A stretch of DNA of 64,000 nt from the human T2T-CHM13v2.0 reference genome, Homo sapiens: the NCBI RefSeq assembly GCF_009914755.1, contig NC_060936.1; one strand, given 5' to 3'. Position 1 is the first letter of the stretch, and each line of letters begins with the position of its first letter. The position numbers were made by a program, and so were the translations under genes. Positions 50,985 through 64,000 of the stretch are shown piece after piece. The notes beneath the pieces were generated by a model, which saw nothing but the letters and a program-made list of their open reading frames with translations, did not search any database and was not told the DNA's origin.

Positions 50985-51140
50985 TGCACTATCCAATTAC
51001 AGTAGTCACTAGCCAGCCAATGTGGCTACTGAGAACTTGTCTGAATTGATACGTACTGTAAAGGTAAAATACACATTGGATTTCTGAAGACTTAGTAACA
51101 TACGTGGCTTGCATTATATTCTCATTTGACAATGCTGGAC
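50985..51140. mobile_element. MER3-like hAT element
   Basis: cactagcc...atgtggctactgag...; gtggcttgcattatatt. Confidence 0.55.
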
Positions 51141-51949
51141 TAGGCTATTATTCCTACTTAGCTAGAACATTGATTTGTAAAACATAAGAGCTCAACTATA
51201 ATCTGGACATCAGCTCACTACAATTCCATTTAAGAGGTTATGTCAGGGTAGGGTGTGGGGACTGAGCCAAGGTTAGAACAATAGAAGGGAACAATAATCA
51301 TGCTTTTCCAGTATATTTGACAGAGCAGACAGACTGTGCACTTTGTATACCTAGGACATAGCCCAACTTAAAGAGGTTACTTACTGTTAATGAGCTGCTG
51401 AGAAAATAGAGACACATATCTGAAACTGTTTTGGAATAATATTATAGCAAAAAAAAATTAACATATCCCATACTAAAAAAGGATTTAATGAAATAACTTG
51501 AGAAAAACCAGGCTAGGTCAATATAAAAAAGTTTTTTTTGGAGGGAGGGAAATTAAATATAAAAATGTAAAAAATATAACAACTCTATGGATCCATAAAC
51601 CAAAAGGAACCGATTAACAGATTCATCTAGGATTTCTCAGATAATTTAATATTTACTGTGAATATGAAGATATATACTAATCTGAATATAACTACCTTCC
51701 CTCCCTCCCTTTCTTTCTTTTACAAAACTCAAAACTTTGGAAAAGTTTCTAAAGTGTTTACTTAAGAGGTTTTAGAATCATAGGAATTGACAGAATCAGT
51801 ATGTATCCAAGCAACTGCTTGCTCACTCTTTCTATTCATCCATCCATCAGTCTGTTTATTTAGTTATCTTTTTTGTCGGGGGTATGGGGAGTGACAGTGG
51901 GGTAGAGGACCTCAAGCCATTTCCTTGCATCTTCCATGTGATTTTGTAG

Positions 51950-52341
<392 letters not shown>

Positions 52342-53274
52342 TAAGTATTTTTATGGTCATTTTACAAACTTACACCTGTGAGAACCAGACTAAAATTCTC
52401 TTGGTACCAATACAGACCTTATACAAAATTATTCTATGGCTGTCTCTCTCTCTTCATCACCAAAACTTTAAATGGATAATGACAGATCATGAAGAGAACC
52501 AAAGAAGAAAATGTGGGGATAGTTCAGTTACAAAACACTAGCAATACTAATAGGAATAAATAAAAAACTTCAAAACACAATATCCCATAGAGGATAAAGT
52601 CACATGATAATGTTGCTATTGAACTGTGACTTAAAAACTGTTAAAGAAACAGGCAATATCCTATTAACAAAAATTTATGAGTTACGAAAATCTTGCAAGA
52701 CAGTGACATAAGTAATCAGTCTAACACTTTTAAAACTAGTGATTTTCAAAGATTTAGGAACTAGAGAAAATACCACTTTGTATTACCCAACTCAGGTTAT
52801 CTTTACACATTGCATTTCAATTGAATTTACTTTGATGAGTTTAGAGACCCTAACAACTAGGCCAGGCACCATGGCTAACACCTGTAACTCTAGCACTTTG
52901 GGAGGCTGAGGTGGGAGGACTGCTTGAGCCCAGGAGTTTGAGATTGGCCTGGGCAACATAGGAAGACCCTGCCTCTACAAAAAAATTTAAAAATTAACCA
53001 GGGTGTGATGGTGCATGCCTGTGGTCCCAGCTACTCAGACACTGTGGTGGGAGGATCAGTTGGGCCCGGGAGGTAGAGGCTGCAGTGAGTTGTGACTGCA
53101 TCACTGCACTGGGTGACAGAGGAAAACCCTATCTCAAAAAAATAAATATTAAAAAATAAAGCATTTTCATAATCTGGTTTAGCCAGTCAGAAGTTTTGGT
53201 GAGCAAAAATAAAAGACTGATGTGAAAAGTATCTTAAACTATGGAAAGTTCCATTAAGTTTTAGGTTTACTTAC

Positions 53275-53382
53275 CCCACATTCATAACACTTAGATTTAT
53301 CAAAGTAGTTTCGCCTTCGGATGAACTCAGCTGCTCTTCCATTGTCAATAGCAATGCTTGCTTTTATCACTCTACCAAATAA
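53275..53382 (-). CDS. ZCRB1: ZCRB1 exon 5 (108 nt, [36 protein letters not shown])
   Basis: tttag acceptor, GGG|gtaagt donor; first half of CCHC knuckle. Confidence 0.97.
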
Positions 53383-53721
53383 CTAAACAAGAGAAAAATG
53401 TAAATGTAGAATGTATTTCACTGAAACCTAAAATTAATTATTTAATCAATTTTCTCAAATCTTCAATTCCAGTTTATTTTGGATTTTTTAGCAATTGTCA
53501 CTTAGGTGTGATAAATTCTATTCTGTAGTATTCTTATTCCTGAGATTCCACCAATGTTTTGAGAACCCAGTAGTTTGACCTCTTTTCTTTCTATAAGTTA
53601 GATATCTTAAGAATCTACTGATATCTGCTAGACCTGATGATCCACTATATCCCCACATTTTTGGCCTGGATGAGCATAAAGGCTTTGGGGCTAAAAACCT
53701 TGATGGAGATGAATAGCTTAC

Positions 53722-53833
53722 CTGTTTGTTGTTTATTGCCCTGGTACAGTTTTGTGCAGAGTCTTTATCCAAAAATAAAATAAATGCAACCCCTTTACTC
53801 TTCCTGGTATCTTTATCTTTCATGATGGTAACC
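53722..53833 (-). CDS. ZCRB1: ZCRB1 exon 4 (112 nt, [37 protein letters not shown]; RNP1)
   Basis: Seen in ORF 53518..53823; acceptor tttaag, donor CAG|gtaagc. Confidence 0.97.
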
Positions 53834-56800
53834 CTTAAAGCATAAACAAAGAGTTAAAAATGAGGCAGCAATAAATAAAACAGATACTAATACTTGAAAA
53901 ATTCATTTTAAAAAGGGCTAAAAATTTATAAGATAAATTAATACATTTGAAAAATCAGCTATCTCTTCAAAGTCAAGGGATATCAAGAATGGAAATGGGA
54001 AAGGGTGATACTGATTTAACAGAAGTGAGCACAGCTATGATTAGGAGTTAATCAGAGATTGAAGGGTGAAGTAAAGAAATTACAGAGACAATGAAATCTT
54101 AAAGTGTAACCACAATCCCTCTTCCATGCTAACTCCCTCACCTTGCAAAACAAAACAAAATAAAGGTATACTTTACACAAAAAGTAAAGTGATTTATTTA
54201 TTTTTCTAAGTGTTAGAATCAAAGTATATTCTTAATATTCTTTTAAAGAATCTTCAGAAAAATAAGGAAAAAAACCCTCCAGAGCTGGTTGTGGTGGTGC
54301 GCACCTGTAGTTCCAGCTACTTGGGAGGCAGAGGCAGGAGGATGCTTGAGCATGGGAGTTTGAGAACAGCCTGGGCAACATAATGAGACCCCGATCTTTA
54401 GGGAAAAAGAATCTCCAGTTCTGTGGTTTTTAGCCATACCACCCACCAGGGTGTACCTCAGTGACAAGGAGAGTTATGAGAGCACAGAGCCTGCTCTTTC
54501 TCCTGCCCCATCCACATCCCTAGTCATGGAGGCCCTTGCCCACCGTATGTCATTTAACATAGTTTAAAAACAATGTTCAACAGGGCTCTTTGGAGAAATA
54601 GCGGATTCCAAGGCTACAGCAGGGCAGGTACAAGAGGAGCTTGGAACATCTTATGCCAGAAGGTAAGAGAGTGCAAGAGTGCGTGAGCGAGTGAGAGAGA
54701 GAGAGACGGAGGGAGGAATGAATGAATGAATGATGGGGCCAAGAATACAGCAGCCAGCTGGAAGGAGCTCCCACTGGCCAAATCAAGGACAATTTGAGCA
54801 TCAAAATAATTCATTACAGTAATAAATTATAAGCCACAGAGAAGGTAGGAATTTATAATTCTTACTGATAAAAGACCAATAAATAAGTGGAGGAGATGGG
54901 AGGGAAGGCTCTTGCTTACAACAGAATGCCAAGGGATGACTGGTGAATGTAGAGGGAATGCTGGAGTTGGAAAAATCACCAATTTGACAGAAATATTGAA
55001 TAAGGTAGTTGCTTTATGTTTTGGAATTTTTCGTAATGTTTGTGAAAGTTATCAGTCTTTTTTTTTAAAGTAGTATTTCAAAAGAAGTATTGGCTTTCTA
55101 CATCATCCTCAATTAATGATCTCTCATCTGTTGCCTCTTTTCCAATTCCACTGCTTTTTTCTTGTCCATAGGGGCATTACTGTTTTAACAGTCTATTCTT
55201 ATTGGTTCCTTTATGGTAATTTTTTCTCTTATAATTTTCTCATATCCTTAAGTAGTCTTCTACTTAAGGAATAAATAAAATCACACCATTCCTTTGTTCA
55301 AAAATCTTTGGTTCTGTAAGTTGCCTATTCTTTGTCCCACTGTCAGTATCCTTGATGATTTGGCTCCCATCTCCTTCATCTTTCACTGCTCCTTCCCACG
55401 CACACACTATGAAGTCTACCCAAAAGAAACCACTCAATGCTCCAGTAGCATGGCCTGTATTTCCCCAAATTTGTGCCTTTGTTCATACAGCTTCTATCTT
55501 CTTCCACCTCTGAATCACTGCTCATTAAAATTTTCCTCATTCTTTCGGGGTTCAGGTCAATGTGTCAGTTTCTAATAGCTTCAACTGGATATAATTTCTC
55601 CTCCGTTATGCTAGTCTCTGCTGAATTGTGTTATTCATAAACAATGCCTCATCTCATCTATTTTAATGTAAACTCCTTTAAGGCTGTCTCTGTAATCCAT
55701 ATGTGCCCAGCTCAATATGCTGATTGATAGATATACCTTTATATTCAATGGGAAAGACAGACCAAAAAAATGGGAAAAGTAGTTTCTAAAAGAGTACATT
55801 GTGTGTGTTCATTCATTCGGTCACTCAGTCACTCTGTTAGCCTCAAGCCCATGTGCTAAGCACTAACAGTAGTTTTTACCCTCAGGAGAAATCTTACAGT
55901 TTAGTGGTAGAGACAGACCAACAAACCAACTATCATACAATACTTTGATAGAGATACCTTCTGTGGTAACAGAAAAAAAAAATTACATCAGAGATTTAAA
56001 AGGACAAATCTACTGTGACTCCCATGTTTCTGGCAAGGGAAAAGAGGTAGATAATAGCACCATTTCCTAATATAAGGTATATGATGTACTTATTTAAGCA
56101 CATAATATGAAGCATACACTATTTTGGGAAACCTGAATGTCATCCATAACACCTCCTTCTTGTTCACAAAGTCCTTATACGCAAAGTAAGCATATCACTA
56201 AATAGTACCCACTTTGCTTCCTATACACATCACTATTACCCACTTTATTTCATAATGATCTCTGAAATCTGACCACCTCTCAAATCTGACCAGTCTCTAT
56301 ATCTCCACCTGTACTATTTTAGTACACATTTCTCCCCTGGGCTACAGTTTTAGATTCAGACTGGTCTCACTGCATTTGCTTTTTTCTTTTTTTTGCGATG
56401 GGGTCTTGCTCTGTCCAGGCTGCAGTGCAGTGGTGTGATCTTGGTTCACTGCAACCTCCACCTCCATCCGCCTCCTGGGTTCAAGTAATTCTCATGCCTC
56501 GCCTCCCAAGCAGCTGGGATTACAGGTGTGTACCACCAGGGCCGGCTACTTTTTGTATTTTTTGTAGAGATGGGGTTTCTCCATGTTGGCCAGGCTGGTC
56601 TTGAACTCATGACCTTTCAAGTGATCCTCCCACATCGGCTTCCCAAAGTGCTGGGATTACAGGTGTGTGCCACTGCACCCAGCTGCATTTGCTTTTGTTC
56701 CCCTCCAATCTAATTTCTACATTAAGCCAGAATAAACTTTAAAAAATTTAAATCATGTCACCCCTCACTTAAAATTCTTAAATGATTCCTGATATTCTTA

Positions 56801-57224
56801 GAATGAAAACCAAATACCTTGGTAACCTGACCAAGAAGTAAGATGAGGAACCTGCTTCCATCTCTGGAGCCACCTTGTGCTTTCTCCCCCTTACTCACTC
56901 ATCTCCAGTCACATTGGCCTTCTTTCTATTTCTTGATCTCACTTTATTTTCTCTTGCCACAGGGCCTTTGCACAAGCTATTCCCTCTACCTGAAATATTC
57001 CTCCCTTATTTTTGCCTACTTAACTCTTACTCATCCTTTAGGTTTCCACTCAAAAAATACTGACCTAGGTAAGCCTTCCCTGGCTCTCTAGACTAGATAG
57101 TCTTCCCTGTTTCTAGGTGCTTATAACTCTCGTGTCTTTAACTCCATTGCAGTTTCATGGTTTAGGACTATATATTTATATGGAGATCCATTCAGAGATT
57201 CTAACAAAGTGGAAAAAGAAAAAA

Positions 57225-57462
57225 GGTAAAAGGGAGTGGGCTCTGAAATCTCACTGTTGGATTCAAATATTTTCTCCACCACTAGCTAGCAAGATGACCT
57301 TAGGTTTACTGTGTGCTTCAGTTTCATCATGTATAATACTGAGATGATAATAGTACCTACCTTAAAGGGTAGTTGTGAGAATTAAATAATACACATAAAG
57401 AGATTAGAACAATGCCTGGCATATATATGTGCTCATTTAAGTATCACATACCATCATCATTA
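57225..57462 (+). mobile_element. MIR
   Basis: cagtttcatcatgtataa...taatagtacctacct...ttgtgagaattaaa...tgcctggcata. Confidence 0.8.
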
Positions 57463-58352
57463 CCAGTGTTTGGACTGATGACAATGACTTTTTAAAATCT
57501 GAACACCCAAAAATTTACACAGAAGCATTTTTGATAATGCTTTTTTAATAGCAAAGTAACTGTAAAAGAAGTTAGTAATTTCAAGATGCAAAAGAGCTTC
57601 AACTGTTTAATATCCATTTATGGAACACTAGAAGAAATTAGCCAAGATAAATATGCTCAAAATTCTTGGGATTTTAAATTTATATCAGAATCTATATTGG
57701 TTACAAGAAAGTTAGGATGACAGTATCCTGTTACTTTTTTGCCCCATAATATAGTTGCTTGATTTAAAACAGTGAAATACGAGAAGTTCAAGTTCTTTTT
57801 ATTGTTCCTAACCCTCAGCCCTGTTATCATCCATTACCATTTTTGCATGTTTCTAGTCTTTCCAACGATCTCCAAGCTATCTCTGAAGGAAGATAATATG
57901 TTTTCTATTTAAAAGACTCATAGCATCCTGCAAGTCAGATGCACTGAAATATTTGTTTTTACACTATTTATATGAAAAAAAACAAAACAAAAAACCACCT
58001 ATTTATTTGAAAGTAGGTTACTTATAGTATACTTGATAACACACTTCCTAGTAACCAAAATATTTGTTTACCATTAGCTATGAGGATGTATCTTTATAGC
58101 ACATGGAAAGACATTTATGGTATGTCAAATTAAAAAAGAAAAGAAAATTGTATGTATGTAATAGTCTTTAAGAAAAATTGTCTACATGTTTATGTACATG
58201 GAAAACCAACTAAATTGTCATAAAAATGTTAATAGTATTTTCTTTATTATATCAAGCATGTTTTATTTTTAAAAATCTGTCATTAAAAAAATGTAGAAGC
58301 AAATTCAGATAAACTTTTAAATGAAGTTACAAAATTTAATGTGAATACTTAC

Positions 58353-58381
58353 TTTACAACTTTGCCATACTTGGAAAATAT
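58353..58381 (-). CDS. ZCRB1: ZCRB1 exon 3 (29 nt, IFSKYGKVV-K)
   Basis: tttcag|ATATTTTCCAAGTATGGCAAAGTTGTAAA|gtaagt; phase fits exons 2 and 4. Confidence 0.95.
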
Positions 58382-59942
58382 CTGAAACAAAAGACCAAAT
58401 ATTTACAATTTATTTTAAAATCATAAAACATCAAATTTTTAGGTTGCAGACATTGACCAAATTCTTTGTTACAGTTTATGAATAATTTCAGCCTTCAGTC
58501 TATAAGACAGGCCCTAGGAAAAAGTTTTTTTTGGTTACTAGAATAATATACTTACTGTTGTTGGAGTCACATGTATCTGTCTGTTTCTAAATTTGACAAT
58601 GGAGTAAATACAGAGAAAAAAACTCACTCTACACATGTGGTAGATCTAAGGCATACATACTGGACAGCTGCTGTGTTCCTGAGGTATACCCATGGCAACT
58701 ATCAACTCCATCATAGTGCCAGCTACACCTGTGCTTCAAATGTCAATCTTATGGAGCAGCACTTTTCCAATTCTACCCTCACCACTACCTTGTTATTCCT
58801 ATTAAGCAATCCCTGTTTGAGAAGGCAAATCCTTAGACTGCTTTATTTAAAAAACAAAACAAAACCTCATAAAATAAGCTTTTATAATGAAAAATCCATT
58901 TCTATCAGTCTTCTTCCTCTGCCCACCATTAACATGTTGGTGGAACTTTATACTTGGCTCTCTCTTCTGTTACTTTTACTTTATCCTATGCAATCTCATT
59001 TATTTCTACAGTTCCAGCTCATTACCCATATACTAAGAGTTCCTATTATATAAAAAGTCTTTTAGAATGTGTTAGTATATGCAACCAATAATAACGAATT
59101 TTTTCGTTCTATGATTAAGCTGTATAATGCTGGAATGTAAAATAACTGGATAGCAGTGTTAGCAACACTGGGTTCTGAAGGCCAGTACAGTCTTCTATAT
59201 AATACTTACTAATGGCTTCTTGTTTCATGCAGAGTGAAAGCCAGAGTCCTTACCATGATGTAAATAGGTCGTATAAGGCACCTCGAGTGGGCTTACCTAA
59301 GATTACCCCTCTTTTTCTGAAATGTTTGTCCTCTAGAATTTGCACAGGTGCCTCTTACTCGTTTCAGGTCTTTATTCAAAAGTCACCTTCTCAATAATGG
59401 CATTTCTGACCGCCCTATGTAAAATTTCACTTCCATTCCCAACTTAACGTTCAATAGCCCACCTTTCCTGCGTTATTTTTTCTCCTTAGCACCTAACATC
59501 TTAGCATCTCCTTAGTATCTAACACATAATTTGACTTAAATGTTCAATAAATATAGCTTCTATTTTTTTTTCTTTTTTTTTTTTGAGACAGGGTCTCATT
59601 CTGTCACCCAGGCTGGAGTGCAGTGGTGTGACCTTGGCTCACTGTCGCCTCGACCTCCTAGGCTCAAGCAATCTTCCAACCTCAGTCTCCCAGGTAGCTT
59701 GTAGAGGCATGGTGGCACACACCTGTATTCCCAGCTACTTGGGAGGATGAGGTGGGAGGATCACCTGAGGGGGCGGGGAGGCTGCAGTGAGCCATGATAG
59801 TGCCACTGCACTACAGCCTCGTGCCTCAGTGACAGAATTAGACTGTCTCAAAAAAAGAAAAAAAAAAAAAGGAAAAAAGAATTTGCCAGGGAGAACTATT
59901 TGCTTAAGGTTATCTGTATCTCAAATAGCAGTCACTCGATAA

Positions 59943-60407
<465 letters not shown>

Positions 60408-60858
60408 TAAAACCAATACATCAGACCAGTCTGGGTATTATTTGGAAAAAAACAAAAAACAAAAACCAATAAAGTATTAACAATCACCGATTTAATTATG
60501 CCAGATGTGTACACCTTCCTTACCTTTTAGGAAGTTAGGAACAATGACTCCAGCAGGCTGAATTAAGGAATTCCTTTTTCCCAGTCACCACTTAAAAAAA
60601 ATTCTTTTTTGGTTCTTCTTCTTTCAAGTATTCTTTATACCAACACTTTCAGTGCCAGATTGTATGGGTAGGGAGACGGGTTTTAAACAGATGAAGGAAA
60701 AACCCTGAGGCTACTCCTAACTTCCACTCAGACCATGAGCAAAAAAAATGCTCTATTGAATATGTACTGTATATGTACATTACCTGCACCTTGCTCACCC
60801 AGGTCAGAAAGAGCATGGGGACTCAGACAGAACCTTAGCCACTGATTTTTGCTAATAC

Positions 60859-61163
60859 ACAGTCATGCTATGCTTAATGAAGGAGGTATGTTCTGAGTGT
60901 TACGTGATTTCACAGTGCAGACATCACAGGGTGTACTGAGACAAACCTAGATGGTCTAGCCTATTGCTCCTAGGCTACAACCTGTACAGCATGTTAATGT
61001 AGTGAATAATGTAGACAGTTGAAACACAATGGTAAATATTTACATAGCTAAACACAGAAAACGTACACTAAAAATATGGTACAATGTATTACACTCTTAG
61101 GAGACCACTGTGGTATATGTGGTTTGTTGTTAATCAAAAAGTTGTTATGCTGTGCATGCCTGT
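60859..61163. mobile_element. Tigger3/MER7-type DNA transposon
   Basis: TIRs cagtcatgc ... gcatgcctg-ta; internal gctcctaggctacaacctgtacagcatgtta. Confidence 0.8.
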
Positions 61164-61858
61164 ACTATGGCTGGGTACCTTTTTTGCTTGTCTTAATATT
61201 TTTTTTCTCTGGAGTGGTGTGTTAAGAGGAAAATTTTCTTTTCCCCTTTTAGTATGATGTTAAGGAGTAAATTTAAGCTTTATGTATCGACAATATAAAC
61301 TTCTTTCGAAACGCTAATTTTGCTTATTGCCAAATTATGAAATGATACATTATATAAATAGGCTTGGTGCCTCGAAGAGACAGACCTGTAGGTATGTGTG
61401 TATATGTATATAAAGTTTACAAATGTAATCAGTAATTTTCACATCTTATCTTACAAAGTCAGCAAATTACCGTGAAAATATCAGGCTCAACCAAATTCAA
61501 ATTTCTGATTTAAAAAGAGCGTGCGGTGTGTATTTGAGATGGGAAGATCAACCATCACAAATGGAAAAATACTGACTCTATGGCATGCCAATTCGTGAAG
61601 GAATGAGAAAACTGCCTCATGTTTGGTGTTATGGGGGAATTATTTAGAAAACTTCAGGAACTCAACATAGATACGTCGCTTTTTAAGTTTCTCATTTGAA
61701 ACTATGCGTTACACGTTCTGCTGAGAGCCGCGAAGGCAGGCAGAGGTTAAGGTCCTGGAATAAAAAGGGTGGCGGGAGAGAGGGGCAGAGCGTTTTGGCA
61801 GCCGAGTCTGGGGAGGGGGCCCCGCAGGAGAGAAGGCCGCAGCTGAGGAGGCGTTTAC

Positions 61859-62050
61859 CTTCAGGTGGGTTGGGCCTGGGAGACCAGAAGAGTGCGAGCC
61901 CTCGGCTCAGCTGGGGCTCAACCCCGACTCTTCGTAGCCGCTCGCAGCGGCCTTGGCATCACGAGTCCTGGGAGGGGTCAGGCGCGGAGAGCAGATAATA
62001 GCAGCCACGGTGCTTCTTCCCGGCTGTTTGAGATCCGGGCCCCGAAGGCG
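61859..62050 (-). other. ZCRB1: ZCRB1 non-coding exon 1 (TSS approximate)
   Basis: Donor GAAG|gtaaac at 61859/61858 inside the CpG island; splices to exon 2 to give gaagaaATG. Confidence 0.8.
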
Positions 62051-62094
62051 GGCCCAGAGGCGAGCGCTTCGCTAACGTCATTGCGCGCGCCGGA

Positions 62095-62164
62095 AGTACC
62101 TACCTGGGATAACGGCGGCGAGCGGACGGCTGCATTTACGGGGTCTCCCGGAGGGCCAGAGTCG
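62095..62164 (+). other. PPHLN1: PPHLN1 non-coding exon 1; intron 1 continues to window end
   Basis: Donor TCG|gtgagc at 62164/62165. Gene name rests on the known head-to-head ZCRB1/PPHLN1 arrangement; no PPHLN1 coding sequence is in the window. Confidence 0.75.
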
Positions 62165-64000
62165 GTGAGCGCTTTTTACCTTTCCCAGAGATGGATGCAG
62201 AGCGTGTGCGGGCTGCTAAACGGGGGGGAGTGGGCGGGAGTTTTCTGTGTCGGGTCCTGGATTCTCCTGCCTTTGAATTGTGCGACAATTCTGCCCATGC
62301 GGTTGAGGGTGGAGAGACGCAGTGGAGTTTGGAATAAAGGGAAGTATTGAGTCTAAGATAGGGGTTCGCCTCTCTGTAGCGCCTTAATATGCAAGAAGAC
62401 GACTGAGCTAGGTAACTTCAGTGACCCGAGAGGAGTCAGGAAGTCGGTAATTTTACTGAAGGTGTTCACGGTACCCAGCTATTAGGCACTTTGGGAACTA
62501 CAAAATAAACAGACCTTTTATGTTTTGTTTTGTTTTGTTTTCTGGTGAAGATCTCAGTCTAGTTGGGGAGACGAGGTCAACTTGGGGAGAGTTGGATTCA
62601 CAGAATGACTCATCTTTAGTATGGGTATGGACAAGTGTTGATCTTCTTGGCACCTTTTCTCTTCCTGTAAATCTATAATGGCTACGCACTGCTTTTTCTC
62701 TAAGAGGCCATAACATGCCCACCATTCCTACAGAAAAATCAGAACGTAATGCAAGGTAATTTATACTTCTGCCTACCAGCACATACAGACCAGGCCTCTA
62801 ACCACTCCCTGGGAGCCTGCGTTCCAGCAGCCTGGAACCCACAGCCTCTCCTGGAGCCTGCACAATCAATCCAGAGTGAAGCCGATGTCTTCTATAGAGA
62901 CGGAAGTACAATCCATCCAGGGCGCAGCTGAATTTTGAGAGGCCTGAATGCCTCCGTGGCCGACAGGAGACCGCTGGCACTAATTCTCTAGGCATACTTG
63001 TGGCCAGCCAAACTTACCATGCTTTACATCTCTGTTATCCTTGGTTACCGCCCAAGATGTAAGCTTCTGTGGTCTTCTGTGCTATAGTCTCATTTCCATG
63101 CTGCTTTGTGCTTTCTTTCGACTTAGGCTATCACTGCTTCTTCGTTTCTTCCCCATTTAACCCCTCAACACCCCATCTGTGCTTTCTGAAACCTCTATTT
63201 CCTGCTTAAACTATTTTACATATTCAACTTCTTTAGTGAAATTCTCCTTCATCTCCTAACCTTAACTATTGATAACACGTAGATTTTCCTGCCAGCCATT
63301 TCAGTTGAGCCCTTTCTCTGACCCTGCATTTAAAGGTTGGGCATGGCTGTAGCCATGTTGAACGGATTTCAATTCCTCAGAATACTTTCTTCCCTCAGTA
63401 TCTTCACAAAGGCTCTTTTCTCTCTCTGGGACATTTGAGCTCCCTGTTTCCTCCTATCTTTTTCTGGATAACTTCTATTAAAGATCTGAGTTTAGCTGTC
63501 ACTTTACTTGAGGGGTATACCCTAACTTCCATAGAGTTAGGTATTTTTGCTATGTACTCTTAGCTGTCCTGCACTTCCCTCACGGCATTTATCACATGTA
63601 TCTTAATTGCTTCTTTGCCATCCCTACTAAGCGAGACTGTCGGTGAGGGACTGTGTTTGTCTCGTTTATCTTTGTAACTCCAGTAGCTAATACAGTTCTT
63701 GGCACATAAGACAGTCAGTTATTTCTTGAATGATTGCAGGTGCTGAAGGTATGCTGCAGAGATCAGGCAGTTAACGTTAATGAATACTTCACCCTTAGAA
63801 GGGGTCACCTGCCACTCAGCTACAGCTGATTGTGGCTATGTGAGAATATGATCCCAGTTTTGCCAGAACATCTAATTTTTTCAAAAAAAGTTGGAAATAC
63901 CATTTTTTAAAAAGCATCCTCTCCCAGTTTTTAAATGTTGTCAGTGGAATAGAATTTTATTAAAAAAAAAAAAGTGGGTCAAACACAAGTCTCATATGGC

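Larger units (their letters stand above)
61700..62350. promoter_or_regulatory. CpG-island bidirectional promoter ZCRB1/PPHLN1
   Basis: High GC and CpG density; TAACGTCA (CRE-like, 62073-62080), TGCGCGCGC (NRF1-like, 62082-62090) and CCGGAAGT (ETS/GABPA, 62090-62097) lie between two divergent splice donors; no TATA box. Confidence 0.9.

Noticed and set aside
55242-55353. ATATCCTT and GTATCCTT U12-type donor motifs in ZCRB1 intron 3 as a possible USSE-like element
   Set aside because: Both are on the strand antisense to ZCRB1 and ~100 nt apart; I found no tandem sense-strand copy by eye.
58571-59053. 160-aa + strand ORF antisense to ZCRB1 intron 2
   Set aside because: No recognisable domain, promoter or splice support; consistent with chance.
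61696-62350. 100-aa and 161-aa ORFs across the promoter
   Set aside because: Non-ATG starts in a CpG island; the second runs through the PPHLN1 donor.

Overview
Primate (almost certainly human) genomic DNA, recognisable as the ZCRB1/PPHLN1 locus. From memory this is 12q12, with YAF2 beyond the left edge; the window itself cannot confirm that. It contains: (1) the complete ZCRB1 gene on the minus strand (8 exons, 217-aa RRM + CCHC U11/U12 snRNP protein; I reconstructed every junction and the frame closes exactly); (2) a CpG-island bidirectional promoter shared with PPHLN1 exon 1 (+ strand); (3) a near full-length processed IGF2BP2 retrocopy (22717-26285) inserted into a MIR, with TSDs, derived from the exon-10-skipped isoform; (4) three minus-strand ERV1 elements: a MER52-like solo LTR, an LTR12C solo LTR and a truncated tRNA-Pro-primed provirus with gag remnants; (5) very dense Alu, L1, MaLR, MIR, L2 and DNA-transposon debris. 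Most ORFs in the supplied track are Alu/LTR artefacts. I found no convincing new multi-gene system. The best leads are the retrocopy (MIR-donated upstream ATG, no nonsense codons, retained CpGs and let-7 sites), the LTR12C promoter, and several odd RNA-processing features in ZCRB1. Repeat subfamily names and boundaries without stated TSDs are by-eye estimates.
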